In this document: positions 24,205 through 36,267 of the stretch, piece after piece
Layout of the letters: every line of letters starts with the position of its first letter
Numbering within the stretch: the stretch's first letter is position 1
Origin: Pristiophorus japonicus
Lineage: Eukaryota
NCBI RefSeq assembly: GCF_044704955.1
Contig: NC_091984.1
Coordinates: 143,654,001-143,718,000 of the forward strand
Direction: 5' to 3'
Length of the DNA: 64,000 nt
Notes under the pieces: model-generated
What the model saw: the letters and a program-made list of their open reading frames with translations, nothing else
Told to the model about the DNA's origin: nothing
Databases searched by the model: none
Position numbers and translations under genes: made by a program

Positions 24205-24990
24205 CAGTCCGTGAATATCGTGTGTATGTGGAGTGTGAGAGGCTGCAGCCCCTCTTCCACTATTTGAAGGGGCTGCTCCTCAATTTCTGCCTCCACTTCA
24301 GTCCCATGCTCCTGGGCCTGGTCACCAGGTGCAGGGGGAGTGGGCAGGTCGGCGGGCCCCCCGTGGGTCTCCTCCTGGGCCTGGCCACCCGGTGCGTGGA
24401 GAGCGGGCAGGTCGGAGGGCCTCCCCGTGGGCCTGTTCCTGGTTCGAGCCACCCGGTGCAGGGGGAGCGGGCAGGTCGGAGGGCCTCCCCGTGGGCCTGC
24501 TCCTGGGCCTGGCCACCCGATGTGTGGAGAGCGGGCAGGTCGGAGGGCCTCCCCGTGGGCCTGCTCCTGGTTCGAGCCACCCGGTGCAGGGGGAGCGGGC
24601 AGGTCGGAGGGCCTCCCCGTGGGCCTGCTCCTGGTTCGAGCCACCCGGTGCAGGGGGAGCGGGCAGGTCGGAGGGCCTCCCCGTGGGCCTGCTCCTGGGC
24701 CTGGCCACCCGATGTGTGGAGAGCGGGCAGGTCGGAGGGCCTCCCCGTGGGCCTGCTCCTGCGTTTGGCCAAGGTGGCCATGCACAGGTCCTAGTTGGAT
24801 GGGGCCCATGGGGTGGCTGCAGTGACTGCCTGCCTCCCTTCGGGATCTTTGTCCATACCCCGGTGACCCCGGGGATAGAGCTCAAGGTAGGCCTGAGGCC
24901 TTCTGCGACGGGTGGGCACCGCAGGGCCTGGAGTGTGGGGTGGGCAGGGAAAGAGCACGACCATTTCACTTGTTCACTTTCCTTTCATGT
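24205..24990 (+). mobile_element. Tx1-clade LINE ORF2 C-terminal fragment with an internal 64-bp tandem expansion
   Basis: VYVECERLQPLFHYLKGLLLNFCLHFSP...GLLL.LAKVAMHRS resembles the Tx1 zinc-knuckle tail; seven 63-64-bp units at 24310-24760. Confidence 0.65.
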
Positions 24991-25336
24991 TTATGCTTTG
25001 GGTTTAATAAGTTGTGGCCCTCTCAATAGTGGGGGGTTTGTGAGATTATTTGGATTGAGGACACAGGACCACCCAGTGCCTCCGTGCTGTCTGAATGTAC
25101 AGAGTCGAGCTGTGAGATTGTCAGTGATGAAGACACAGCCCCAACTCTTCTCTGACCCACTCCATACTTTTCCAATTCACTGCAGCTTCCAGCTAAATAT
25201 TCCTGCCGTCACTCCCATCGAGCTGTGTGTCAGTCATGTGTAAAACCGTACAGGAGGTGGGGCTGTGTGTCCATTATTATATATTATATATAACTGTGGG
25301 GTGAGTCAGTACAGAAGGTGGGGCTGTGTATATTGA

Positions 25337-25364
25337 GGTTTTTGTCCGGCTGTGTATCACAGTG
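25337..25364 (-). other. 12-bp-spacer RSS of V
   Basis: CACTGTG-ATACACAGCCGG-ACAAAAACC on the minus strand; V12/J23 is the kappa configuration. Confidence 0.95.
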
Positions 25365-25663
25365 TAGAGGGAAGCTATACCCTTGCTGACAATAATAGTC
25401 CGCGACATCCTCGCTCTGCACGTTGCTGATGCTCAGGGTGAACGTGTTGGACTGGTAACTGCCGGTGAAGCGATCGGGGGTTCCAGTGAAACTAGTTGTT
25501 GCGTAATAGATCAGCAGAGTGGGTTTCTGCCCAGCGTTCTGCTGGTACCAAGCAACATAATTGCTAACGGATGCACTGGCAGTACAGGTGATGGTTGCAG
25601 TCTGTCCCTCACTCACTGACAGCACCGGGGGAGACTGGGTCATGATGATGTCCCCACTGATAC
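25365..25663 (-). CDS. IGKV: Ig kappa-type V exon (shark type III / NS4-like)
   Basis: Acceptor CCCCTCAG. Reads [42 protein letters not shown]...FTGS...[16 protein letters not shown] with both Cys and the Trp intact. Confidence 0.97.
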
Positions 25664-25850
25664 CTGAGGGGGAAATGGGGAAAGAAAGTGAAGTAAGCAC
25701 TGTCACAGAAAGACACTGTAAAATGAGAGATTGCTCGAGACACTGAGCTCTCCTCTAGTGTCAGCATTTGCCCTTCAATCACTGGTCAGTAGAGTTGGAC
25801 AGAAATCGACAGCAGGGAGATATTAAACATGGAAGGAGAGAGATTCGTAC

Positions 25851-25899
25851 CTGCGAAGCAGAATGCCAGAGGCCAGATCAGCTGGATGGGTGAAATCAT
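25851..25899 (-). CDS. IGKV: Leader exon MISPIQLIWPLAFCFA(G)
   Basis: 49-nt exon with a phase-1 GT donor that joins in frame to the V exon; hydrophobic signal peptide. Confidence 0.92.
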
Positions 25900-25958
25900 G
25901 GTGTCTGCTCCTGTCCCTGTGCCTGCTTACTGATAAACTACCCTTCACTGGGCTCTGC

Positions 25959-26012
25959 TTTATAAACCTGCAGCCTGTGAGAGTCTCACTGCCCATCCCT
26001 CAGTATGTAAAT
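25959..26012 (-). promoter_or_regulatory. Ig V promoter: variant octamer ATTTACAT (26005-26012) and TATA TTTATAAA (25959-25966)
   Basis: Light-chain octamer orientation and spacing, about 60-110 nt upstream of the ATG. Confidence 0.7.
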
Positions 26013-26769
26013 GTCTTCACCCAGATAAAGCCACGTCAGCAACTTACACTTCCTCTCTTCTCTCCCTCCCTCTTCACCTCCCTCTCCCTTCCTCTCTCTT
26101 TCCATTCCCCCTCTCTCTTTCCATCCCTCCCCCTCTCTCTCTCCATCCTACCTCTTTCTCCCTCTCCCATTTCCACAGACTCCCAGCTGCAGTACACTGA
26201 AATGCAGAGTAAACCTCCCTGAGTCCTGCCCCACCAATGGATGTTAACCCTTGACCCCAGACCATGCCTTCTCCTGGAGTAAGGCCCCATTCCCCACAGT
26301 TGGCCTCTCTCAGTACACTGGCTGTTTATTGCCCAATTGAGGGCCGTTCTGTGCTGTGGGCCTATTCTCAGTGGGGACCGGTTTGGACAGAAAGTTCATT
26401 TCGTGAAGGCCCAGCAGAGGAAGGAAATCCTCACCCCATCAGTGTGAGCTGGAGCGACAGGACAGGGTCTGACCCACTGCCCCATCCTGTCTGCCCAGAA
26501 CATCTTCGAATCCCTTCCCCTCTCCTTCCCCTTCCATGGCCCCGCTCCGGGTCAGGGTGTTTTGACTGGGATCAGGTCCGACGATCCCAAATTTACAACA
26601 GGAAGGGTTCGCACTCCACGTCGACCATGGACTCCATGTCCCACTGGTCCTCCAATAGAGCTCAGGAAACATGGCTCCTTCCTATTGGTCCCCCAACAGG
26701 GCCCAGGAAACATGAATCCTTCCTATTGGATATATACTTGAAAAGCAACAATTTGCTGGGTTACGGGGG

Positions 26770-28356
26770 CGAGGAACTTAACACAATCACAATCACTAAG
26801 GAGGTGGTACTCAGTAAGATAATGGGACTAAAGGCGGATAAATCCCCTGGATCTGATGGCTTGCATCCCAGGGTCTTATGAAAAGTCACGGCAGGGACAG
26901 TGGATTCATTGGTTGTAATTTACCAAAATTCCCTGTATTCTTGGGAGGTCCCAGCAGATTGTAAAACTGCAAATGTATCGCTCCTATTTACAAAAGGAGG
27001 CAGACAAAAAGCAGCAATCTATAGACCAATTAACCTAACATCTGTGGTTGGGAAAATGTTGGAGTCCATTATTAAAGAATCAGTAGCAGGACATTTGGAT
27101 AAGCATAATTCAGTCAGGCAGAGTAAGCATGGAATTATGAAGGGGAAGTCATGTTTGATAAATTTGCAGAATTCTTTGAGGATGCAATGAGCAGGGTGGA
27201 TAAAGGGGAACCAGTGGATGTGGTGTATTTGGACCTCCAGAAGGCATTTCACAAAATGCCACGTAAGAGGTTACTGCACAAGGGTTGGGGATAATATGTT
27301 AGCATGGATAGACGATTGGCTAACTAAGAGAGTCTGCAAAAATGGTTCATTTTCGGGTTGGGAATCAGTAACTAGTGGGGTGCCGCAGGGATCAGTGCGG
27401 GGACCCCAACTATTTACAATAAATATTAACGACTTGGATGATGGAACCGAATATAATGTAGCCACGTTTTCTGACGATACAAAGATGGGAGGAAAAGCAA
27501 TGTGTGAGGAGGACACAAAATACCTGCAAAAGGACGTAGGCAGGCTAAGTGAGTGGGCAAAAATTTGGCAGATGGTGTACAATGTTGGAAAGTGTGAGGT
27601 CATGCATTTTGGCAGAAAAAAAAATCAAAGAGCAAGTTATTATTTAAATGGTTAAAGATTGCAAAGTGCTGTGGTGCAGCGGGTACTTGTGCATGAAACA
27701 CAGAAACTGTATGCAGATACAGTAAGTGATCAGGAAGGCCAATGGAATATTGGCCTTTATTGCAAAGAGGATGGAGTCTTGCTACAGCTAAACAGGGTAT
27801 TGGTGTGGACACACTAATTTTGGATTCCATATTTAAGAAAGGATATACTCGCTTTGGAGGCAGGTCAGAGAAGATTCATTAGGTTAATTCAGGAGATGAG
27901 GCGGTTGATTTATGAGGTAAGGCTGAGTAGGTTGGGCATCTGCTCATTGGAATTCAGAAGAATGAGAGGTGATCTTATCGAAACGTATCAGATTATGAGG
28001 GGGCTTGACAAAGTGAATGCAGAGAGGATGTTTCCACTGAGGGGGAGAATTGAACAAGAGGACATGATCTTAGAATAAGGGGCCTCCCATTTAAAACAGA
28101 TGAGGAGGAATTTCTTCTCTCTGAGGGTTGTAAATCTGTGGAATTCGCTGCCTCAGAGAGCTGTGGAAGCTGGGTCATTGAATAAATTTAAGACAGAGAT
28201 AGACAGTTTCTTAACCGACAAGGGAATAAGGGGTTATGGGGAGCGGGGAGGGAAGTGGAGCTGAATCCATGATCGGATCGGCCATGATCGTATTAAATAA
28301 CGGAGCAGGCTCAAAGGGCCATGTGGCCTACTCCTGCTCCTATTTCTTATGTTCTT
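26770..28356 (+). mobile_element. Older CR1 RT and 3' UTR fragment
   Basis: KSPGSDGLHPRVL, GVPQGS, FSDD; many disruptions. Confidence 0.85.
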
Positions 28357-28699
28357 TAACTGGGGAGGAGTGGGACTAATTGGGTAATTCTTTGAAAGAG
28401 CCGGCACAGGTACGATGGGCCGAATGGCCTCCTTCTGTGCGGTAAGATTCTAGGCTGTGAGCGCAGTTCACAGTTTTCTCCTGCGTCATTAACAAAGGTA
28501 CAGCTGTGACAACCTCCCTCTTTCACTTCCTCTGTGGGTGAAGTTTCATTCTTCCGATCTGACAATCTCTTCAGTTATTTTTTGCATGGGGGATTTCTGC
28601 TGTGGTCTGAGTCTCTAATAATAACCGTCCAATCAGGCAGAATAACAGCAGCTCGGACCGGCTGGGACAGTGGATCCAGGCTCAGTGCTGACCTTGCAA

Positions 28700-29125
28700 C
28701 GTCCTCCTCACCAACATCTGGGGACTTGTGCCAAAAGTGGGAGAGCTGCCCCACAGACGAGTCAAGCACCAGCCTGACATAGTCCTACTCACAGAATCAG
28801 ACCTTTCAGCCAATGTCCCAGACTCCTCCATCACCCGAGGTGGCAGCTCAGTGGTACACTGTCAGGAGGCAGTGGCCCTGGGAGTCCTCAACATTGACTC
28901 CGGACCCCATGAAGTCTCATGGCATCAGGTCAAACATGGGCAATGAAACCTCCTGCTGATTACCACCTCCCGCCCTCCCTCAGCTGATGAATCAGTACTC
29001 CTCCATGTTGAACACCACTTGGAAGAAGCACTGAGAGTAGCAAGGGCACAGAATGTACTCTGGGTGGGGGACTTCACTGTCCATCACCAAGAGTAGCTCG
29101 GTAGCACCACTACTGACCAAGCTGG
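28700..29125 (+). mobile_element. LINE APE-domain fragment
   Basis: NIWGLVPKVGEL..RVKHQPDIVLLTES and WVGDF.VHH motifs. Confidence 0.6.
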
Positions 29126-29139
29126 CCGAGAGGGGCGAT

Positions 29140-29548
29140 GCTGACATTGCAATCCCAGGTACCGGGGGCCTGGAGGACTGCAAACGTGGTACCTTTGTTT
29201 AAAAAGGGAGCAAGGGCTAGATCGAGTCACTACAGGTCGGTCAGCCTAACCTCGGGGGCGGGATAGGAGGAATCTTCATTTAACAAGACACGGATCAATC
29301 AAGGACAGTTAGCATGGATTCGTTAAGGGAAGGTCATGTCTGAATAACTTGATTCAATTTTTTGAGGAGATAACAAGGAGATTCGATGAGGGCAGTGCGT
29401 ATGATGTAGTGTATATGGATTTTAACAAGGCTTTTGTTAATGTCCCACATGGCAGACTGGTCACAAAAGAAATAGCCCATGGGATCCAGAGCAAAGTGAC
29501 AAGTTGGATTCAAAATTGGTTCAGAGGCAGTTAGCAAAGCGTAATGGT
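29140..29548 (+). mobile_element. CR1 RT fragment cut by the LTR palindrome
   Basis: DVVYMDFNKAF.NVPHGRL; ends exactly at the TG of the inverted LTR. Confidence 0.8.
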
Positions 29549-30028
29549 TGTAAGGGGTGGTTTGCAGAGGGTCAGCTTTCCCTTCTGACCTTATATGAAC
29601 GGATCCGAATCGCTCCCACACCCTTGGTTCTAGACACTGGAATTATGAAGGGACTGTGACAGACTTGGAGAGACAATCGGTTTCAAGGTAGGAAGCAGCT
29701 ATGGCTTTATTGTGTTTAAAAAGAAGTAAAAGGCACACCTTTAAGAACACACACAGACCAATACACACTGAAGGGTACAACACATTGAATAAAATGTCAA
29801 ATTACAGCCTGTGGGGAAAAGAATACAGCTTAAACTCTAAATGGGGTAAAGAGGAGAATGCAGATACATTTACACAAGTTATCCCAGCCTCCCCCCTCCC
29901 AATTCCTCTAACTAACTAAGTTATAGCTCTGAGGGTTCAGGGGCTATGCTCACCAATCCCTTCAGACAGTTGCCGGTGAATCGCGGTTTCGGGGTTCGCT
30001 GCACTTGGCCTTCTAGGCGAGCCGTACC
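29549..30028 (-). mobile_element. Inverted copy of the distal 480 bp of the LTR
   Basis: Reverse complement of 37881-38359 and of 30033-30472. Confidence 0.92.
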
Positions 30029-30475
30029 CAGGAACCGCGATTCACCGGCAACTGTCTAAAGGGATTGGTGAGCATAGCCCCTGAACCCTCAGAGCTCTAA
30101 CTTAGTTAGTTAGGGGAATTGGGAGGGGGGAGGCTGGGATAACTTGTGTAAATGTATCTGCATTCTCCTCTTCACCCCATTTAGAGTTTAAGCTGTATTC
30201 TTTTCCCCACAGGCTGTAATTTGACATTTTATTCAATGTGTTGTACCCCTCAGTGTGTATTGGTCTGTGTGTGTTATTAAAGGTGTGCCTTTTACTTCTT
30301 TTTAAACACAATAAAGCCATACCTGCTTCCTACCTTGAAACCGATTGTCTGTCCAAGTCTGTCACAGTCCCTTCATAATTCCAGTGTCTAGAACCAAGGG
30401 TGTGGGAGCGATTCGGAACCGTTCATATAAGGTCAGAAGGGAAAGCTTACCCTCTGCAAACCACCCCTTACATAA

Positions 30476-30493
30476 TGGCAACCCAGATGGGAC
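30476..30493 (+). other. Primer-binding site, tRNA-Arg(CCG)
   Basis: TGGCAACCCAGATGGGAC is 17/18 complementary to the vertebrate tRNA-Arg(CCG) 3' end as I recall it (...GTCCCATCTGGGTCGCCA). Confidence 0.75.
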
Positions 30494-30546
30494 ACTGGTA
30501 CAAGGGACGTGATAAGAGAGAGGCTGGTTTCAGGAAACGAAGCAAA

Positions 30547-32260
30547 ATGGAAGAGGAGATTTCCTCGTATGTGTTTAAGAGGGTAAATGTGGCTAAGGAG
30601 TGGGTACTTGATCTATTGTATGCTGAGCATCCAGAAGATGCTGCAGCTCAATGGACCGAGAGCAAGGACCATAAAAAGTCGACAGAGAAGGCCATTTGGC
30701 TAATTTGCCTTCAGCAACAGATCCGGCTTCTAGATGAGGAGAATGAAAAATTAAAGGGAGTATTGAAACAGGCAGAAGAGAGGTCCAGCGCAAGGGCCAC
30801 AGTCGGGGAAAGGCTATGGACAGAGGTGGGACAGTTAAAAGAAAGTAGAGAGCTCACTAAAGAAAGGCACAAAACCCAATTGGACCATTTACAGTGTCAG
30901 ATTATTGAAGCCAAGAATAGCGAACTGGCATTGCGGGAAGAGAATTCCTGCCTCGCCAAGCAAGCTAAAGAGTACGGGCAGAGGGTGAGAAACATTCAGG
31001 TAGCCTATAAGGTAGCCAGTACCAGGGAATTTGAGGCAGGAGACCACGGCCCCTGCCAGCAGCAGATCCAAAGCTTGAACCTTGCTCTATCCCAGGCTAA
31101 AGGCATGGTGTGCCTGATAAACCCGGGTTTAGCCCAGAAACACCTGGTTGAGCAAGGAGAAACCCCTCAGTCACCGCCTGCAGCTCCCAGGAATGGCCCT
31201 GGGCAGCAGAGGTGTCAGCCAGAGTGCGGGGCAGGCAAGGATTACACCGGCATTCCCGAGTTTTAACTCAGCTTGGCAGCAGGGGAAAGAGGGCAAGCCA
31301 ATACAAGAAGGGCCGGAACCAGGGCCAATGCACCCAGTCCGGCAGCAGAAGTTTGGCCCACCTGATGCCAATGGGGCAGCAGGACCCCTAGAAAGCAACT
31401 TCGTAGTCCCCCACGACACCCAAAAACTGAGGGCTATGATCGGCCACCTAAGTAAGCTCACCCAACAGAGGGATCCCTTGGTACACTTCCTGGAAGTGGA
31501 ACACACAGGGGATATTAATGGGTGCGATGATTCAGAGCAGGCGAAGCTGTTGCTCTTCTCACTAGACACCAAGCTGTGCCATTCCCTCTCTGCAGACAGC
31601 AGAAAGGGGCGAAACACGTACGCTACAGTTAAGGAGGAGGTTCTAGAGGCCATAGGTATGAACGACGGGAGTCCTTTCTCCCGAGTGGAGAAAACAGTGC
31701 AGCTCTATGGGGAGACTCCACAGGCTTTCGCCGACAGGTTGTGGCCGGTCTACGAAAGGGCCTGTAGTGGGGTTCTTGACCGGGCCCACCTGACCCCTAA
31801 TGAGCTGGCTCACTGGCTCCGCAGCCTGGTGGCAAACAGCTTACCTGGAGTAAAGGCAAAAGCCTAGGTCTGGTTCGATCCAAGAGATCCCAGAACCACC
31901 GAGTAGACAGTGGTTAGACAGTTGACCCTGGCTTACTGGAACGGTGGAGGGACAGAGGAGCCCTCCTCTAAAGGGAGGGTCCATGAGATTAAACCCAGCC
32001 AAGGCAAGAGAGAGTGGCATCAGGAAGGTGGGAACCCTCCCCATAAAGGGGACAAGTGTTTTGGGTGTGGGAAAAGTGGGCACTGGAGGAAGGACTGTAG
32101 GAGCCCATGGAAAGAGACTAAGGGAAAGGCCACTTCAGCCCCAACCCATAAGGCCGGGGCAGGAACACCGAGTACGATGCGTTACGATGGAGGTGGAGAA
32201 AGTGAAAGGGACCTACCTGCTAGATACTGGTGCTTCCAGCACCCTTGTATATGCAGATAA
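30547..32260 (+). pseudogene. gag: gag (coiled-coil N-terminus, capsid-like region, CCHC knuckle), frameshifted with stops
   Basis: ORFs 30400-31266, 31148-31867 and 31910-32260; CFGCGKSGHWRKDC at 32057-32098. Confidence 0.8.
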
Positions 32261-35200
32261 CCCAGCTATCTCACCTCTATCGAACGGGGTCCCGTACAGT
32301 CTCGTGGGGTTCACAGGCAATGAGCAAACTGGTTCGTTTTCCATCCTGCTCACCATTCAGTTAGGGACACTCAAAACCAAATGGAAGTGTGTCCTGATGA
32401 AATGGGAGCAGAAGGGAAAAGGGATCCTGGGGGCTGATTTTATCATTGGCCACCAGATCCTAGTGGATCTCAGGAACCACTGTCTATGGGGAGCCATAGT
32501 GACTGACAGGGAAGGTGAGGTGGCGGTGATCCCAGAAAAAGGGGCCAAGGGAACATTGTGTACCGTGAAGCCAAAGGAGGGTTATGACTTGGAATTACTG
32601 GTCAGTAACACCCCAGTGGAGTACCAGGCATATGTACGGGCACACCTTGCAGCATTCGCCACCCACAAACATGACTGTGGCAGGGTAACGGGGGTGGAAG
32701 TTAGTATAAAAGGGGACCCCATGACCCGACCACAAAAGCAATATAACTTCCCCAAGGAGGCAGAGGCAGACCTGACAACAGCGCTGGGATTACTGGTAGA
32801 GCAAGGGGTGTTAAGACCGATAGCAACCCATGTGAACTCTCCACAATTCATGGAGGGCCACCGTGGACTATCGAGTACTAAATAAGAATATCCCTGCCTG
32901 TGCACCCACTGTAGCAGCCGTAGCGGATCTCATAGGGAGTATTCCAGCATCCGCGACCAATTTCACAGTGCTGGACATTTCAAGTGGGTTCTGGTCCATT
33001 TCTTTAAAACGGGAGGACCAGTACAAGTTCACCTTTACCTTTAAGGGCCAACAATACATTGGGAACTGTCTTCCCCAAGGCTTCCACAACAGCTCCAGCA
33101 TTTTTCACCAATGTATGGCGAACTGTTTAAAGGGCTTTAGCAGACCCCAGCAGTTGGTGCAGTATGTGGATGACCTGCTCCTGTTCACCGATCAGGGGGA
33201 GGAGCATGGCCCACTGCTGGCTGAGCTGCTGGAGCTGCTAAAAGAAGAAGGGTTTAAAGTAAACCCCAATAAGGCACAGGTCGGCCAGAAGGAAGTCAAA
33301 TTCCTGGGGTTGACTCCGCGCTGGGGAAAGGGCCATAGACAAGGCAAGAAGGGAGGCAGTACAAGAGTTACCAGCCCCCAACACAGTGACAGGGGTAAGA
33401 TCCTTTCTAGGACTCACCGGGTACTGCAGAGACTTCATTGAGGATTATGCAGCCACCGCAGCCCCTCTGCTCAGGCTCCTACACAAGGGTGTAGAGTGGG
33501 ACTGGGATGAGGGTTGCGAGGCAGCATTTAATCAGCTGAAGAAGAACTTGCAGACCGCGCCAGCCTTAGGAACGATAGATGTAGGAAAGGAGTTTTTCCT
33601 GGAGGTGGCAGCCAGCGGGGACAGTTTGAGCTCAGTGCTGCTTCAAGAGCGGCACGGCCAGCTGAGACTGGTGGTTTACTCCTCCAGGATCCTCACAGAT
33701 GTGGAAAAGGGGTACTCCAACTGTGAGAGACACTCCTAGCCACACATTGGGCAGTGAAAAGATCCTTGATCTTCACGGGAGGGTCTCCTCTTACACTCCT
33801 AACCCACCACACACCTACTCAGATGCTCCTAGATGGGAGGATTAAGGACGGGACGGTGAGCAGTGCCCGCATTGCTCGCTGGACACTGCTCCTCTCCCAG
33901 ATGGACCACAGAGTAGAAGGCCCCCGTGAGCCAATGCTCGCAGCCAACCTAATCTATCCAGGGAAAGCCCACAGGTGCTCCATTGAAGGGTTATGGGAGG
34001 TGAACATTGGCCTTCGGGCGGGGTTACACCCTACGGGCCGGGACATCTACGTGGACGGGTCCAGCACGGTATCTGTTGGCGAATGACTCACTGGGTGCGG
34101 AGTTTATGACCCAAGGGCAGGTATTGCCCTGGCAATCAAGCTCCCCAGCACCATGAGCACCCAGCATGCTGAACTTTCCGCCGTAATGTATGTGGTGACC
34201 CACCCCGAGGAATTCCCTACCCCGTACACGATTTGCTCGGACAGTATGTTCACCTACAATTCATATACGGAGTACCTGGCTCTCTGGTCCCGTCGCGGAT
34301 ACACGTCCGCTGACGGGAGACCCCTGGCAATCAAGCCCCTGCTGGAGAAAATCATGACAGCGGTGGGGGAAGAGGGAAAGGTCTACATACATAAGGTGAA
34401 GGCCCATTCAAAAACCGAACCCCGTGCAGAGGGAAACCAACAGGCTGACAAACTGGCCAAAGAAGGTGCCCGCACTGGAAAGTTCTGGGACCCCTATGAC
34501 ACCGGCCGCATAGCAGTGGTCAAGAATAAGAACAGGGCAGCAGAGAGTACAGGGACAGCCTTGGCCCCGGACTTAAAAACAGTTCAGGCACAGGACCCAG
34601 TCCTGAAAGCTGTCCTGAATGCGCTAGCTAGAGGAGAGAGAGTAGAAGGTCCGTACGGCACAGCAGCCATTACCGTTAAGGAAGGCATGCTGTTTAAAGA
34701 GGGACAATGGGTCGTGCCACAGCAGCACCAGAGGGAATTCCTAAAACTGGCCCATGAGGGTCCAGGACCGGGACACCCCGGGCCTGAGACCACCTGGCAA
34801 CGGGTGGAACAGGCAGGATGGTGGCCGGGACTCAGGGAGGACATGCGCGAGTTCTGTGCGAACTGCCTGGTGTGTGCTGCGAACAACCCTGACCCCCAGA
34901 AAAGGAAGGTGTCCCTAGGACACGTCAGGAGGGTAGAGGGACCATGGCAGTCAATCCAAATTGACTGCATCGGGCCCCTACCCACCGCCCAGGGAGGCTA
35001 CAAATACTGCCTCGTCCTGGTGGACTTGTTCTCAAAATGGGTTGAAGCCTTCCCCTGCTGAACAGCCACCGCACTAGGGACAGCTAAGATTCTAGTGAGG
35101 GAAGTGTTCTCCCGGTGGGGACTCCCACAGTATGTGGAGTCGGACCAGAGGAGTCATTTCACCGGGCAGGTAATGCAGGCAACCCTTAAGGTGCTCGGCA

Positions 35201-36267
35201 TTGAGGGGAAATGGCACGTTGCCCACAATCCACAGTCATCCGGTATTGTGGAGCGTTTAAACCGCACCATTAAAGAAAGGCTGCGGAAGGAAACGGGAGA
35301 CTCGCCCCAAAAGTGGGTAGAGGTCTTACCGTTGGTCCTAATGGGGATCCGAGCCAGTCAGTCAAAGAGCACGGGGTATTCCCCATACGAGCTCATGACT
35401 GGCTGGATCATGCGGACCCCCACCCATGTCCTAGCCCCGGTGCTCACAGAAGGTCAGCTCAGAGAGGTGAACCGCGACCGGTTTGTCAGGAACCTGTTTG
35501 AACACCTCAAACAGATTCACTGGCAGGCTGCTAGTAACATGGGCAGACAGCATCAGAGTAACCGATTGCTGCTAGAACCCAGCAAACACCACGAATGGGA
35601 GATAGGGGACCAGGTCATGGTGAGGAACTATGCTCGGGTCGGGGTTTTTGAAGCATTATATATGGGGCCACACAGCATTGTGGACAAGGCAAGCCCGATG
35701 GTCTATGCCATAAAGCTGCCCCGCCGTACTAAGTGGTTCCACATCAACCAGTGCAAGCTGTACAATCCAGGGTCAGCCAACCACAGAGGACAGCCGGGAC
35801 GGGTGAACTATCCTCAGGACAGGGACCCTCCGTTGGCCGCCCCCGACAGTGGAGGGCCCACAGGGAATGTGGCAGGCTCAGAAACCATGCCTATAGGGGC
35901 GGTGAATTGCAGTACTGGAGGGGCTATCCCACCCATCGTTTGGGATTCGGACGCACTCCCAGTAACCCAAGCCCTGAGAAGGACCCTCCATACGCCACGG
36001 CCAAAGATACCGTGGTCACCGGCATCTGAGCCTCAGCGATTCTACCCTAGGAGAAGGGCAGCCCGACAGGAAAGGCCGAAGATCAGAAGTACAGAGGCCG
36101 CTCAGAGTAGGGACCACCAGCCAGCCGCCTCCAGCGGTGAGGGTCTCACAGGAGCAGTAGCAACGAGCTTTCCCAGAGACAAGGGTTTCCAGCTCACCGG
36201 CTGCGGGGAAACCCTCGCACCCAGGCAGCTATCAGGCCGCACAAGCCATGGGCCTGACAGGGAGTAA
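32190..36267 (+). pseudogene. pol: pol: protease, RT, degenerate RNase H (tether), second RNase H, integrase
   Basis: LLDTGAS; LDISSGFW, LPQGF, QYVDDLL; LEVAAS..VYSSRILTDVEKGYS; IYVDGS, AELSAV, ICSDS, KVKAHS, GNQQADKLAK; HHCC, QIDCIGP, SDQRSHF, VERLNRTIK, YMGPH. Confidence 0.9.

Noticed and set aside
29701-30320. Duplicated 72-aa ORFs on opposite strands
   Set aside because: Antisense frames of the LTR palindrome arms, not genes
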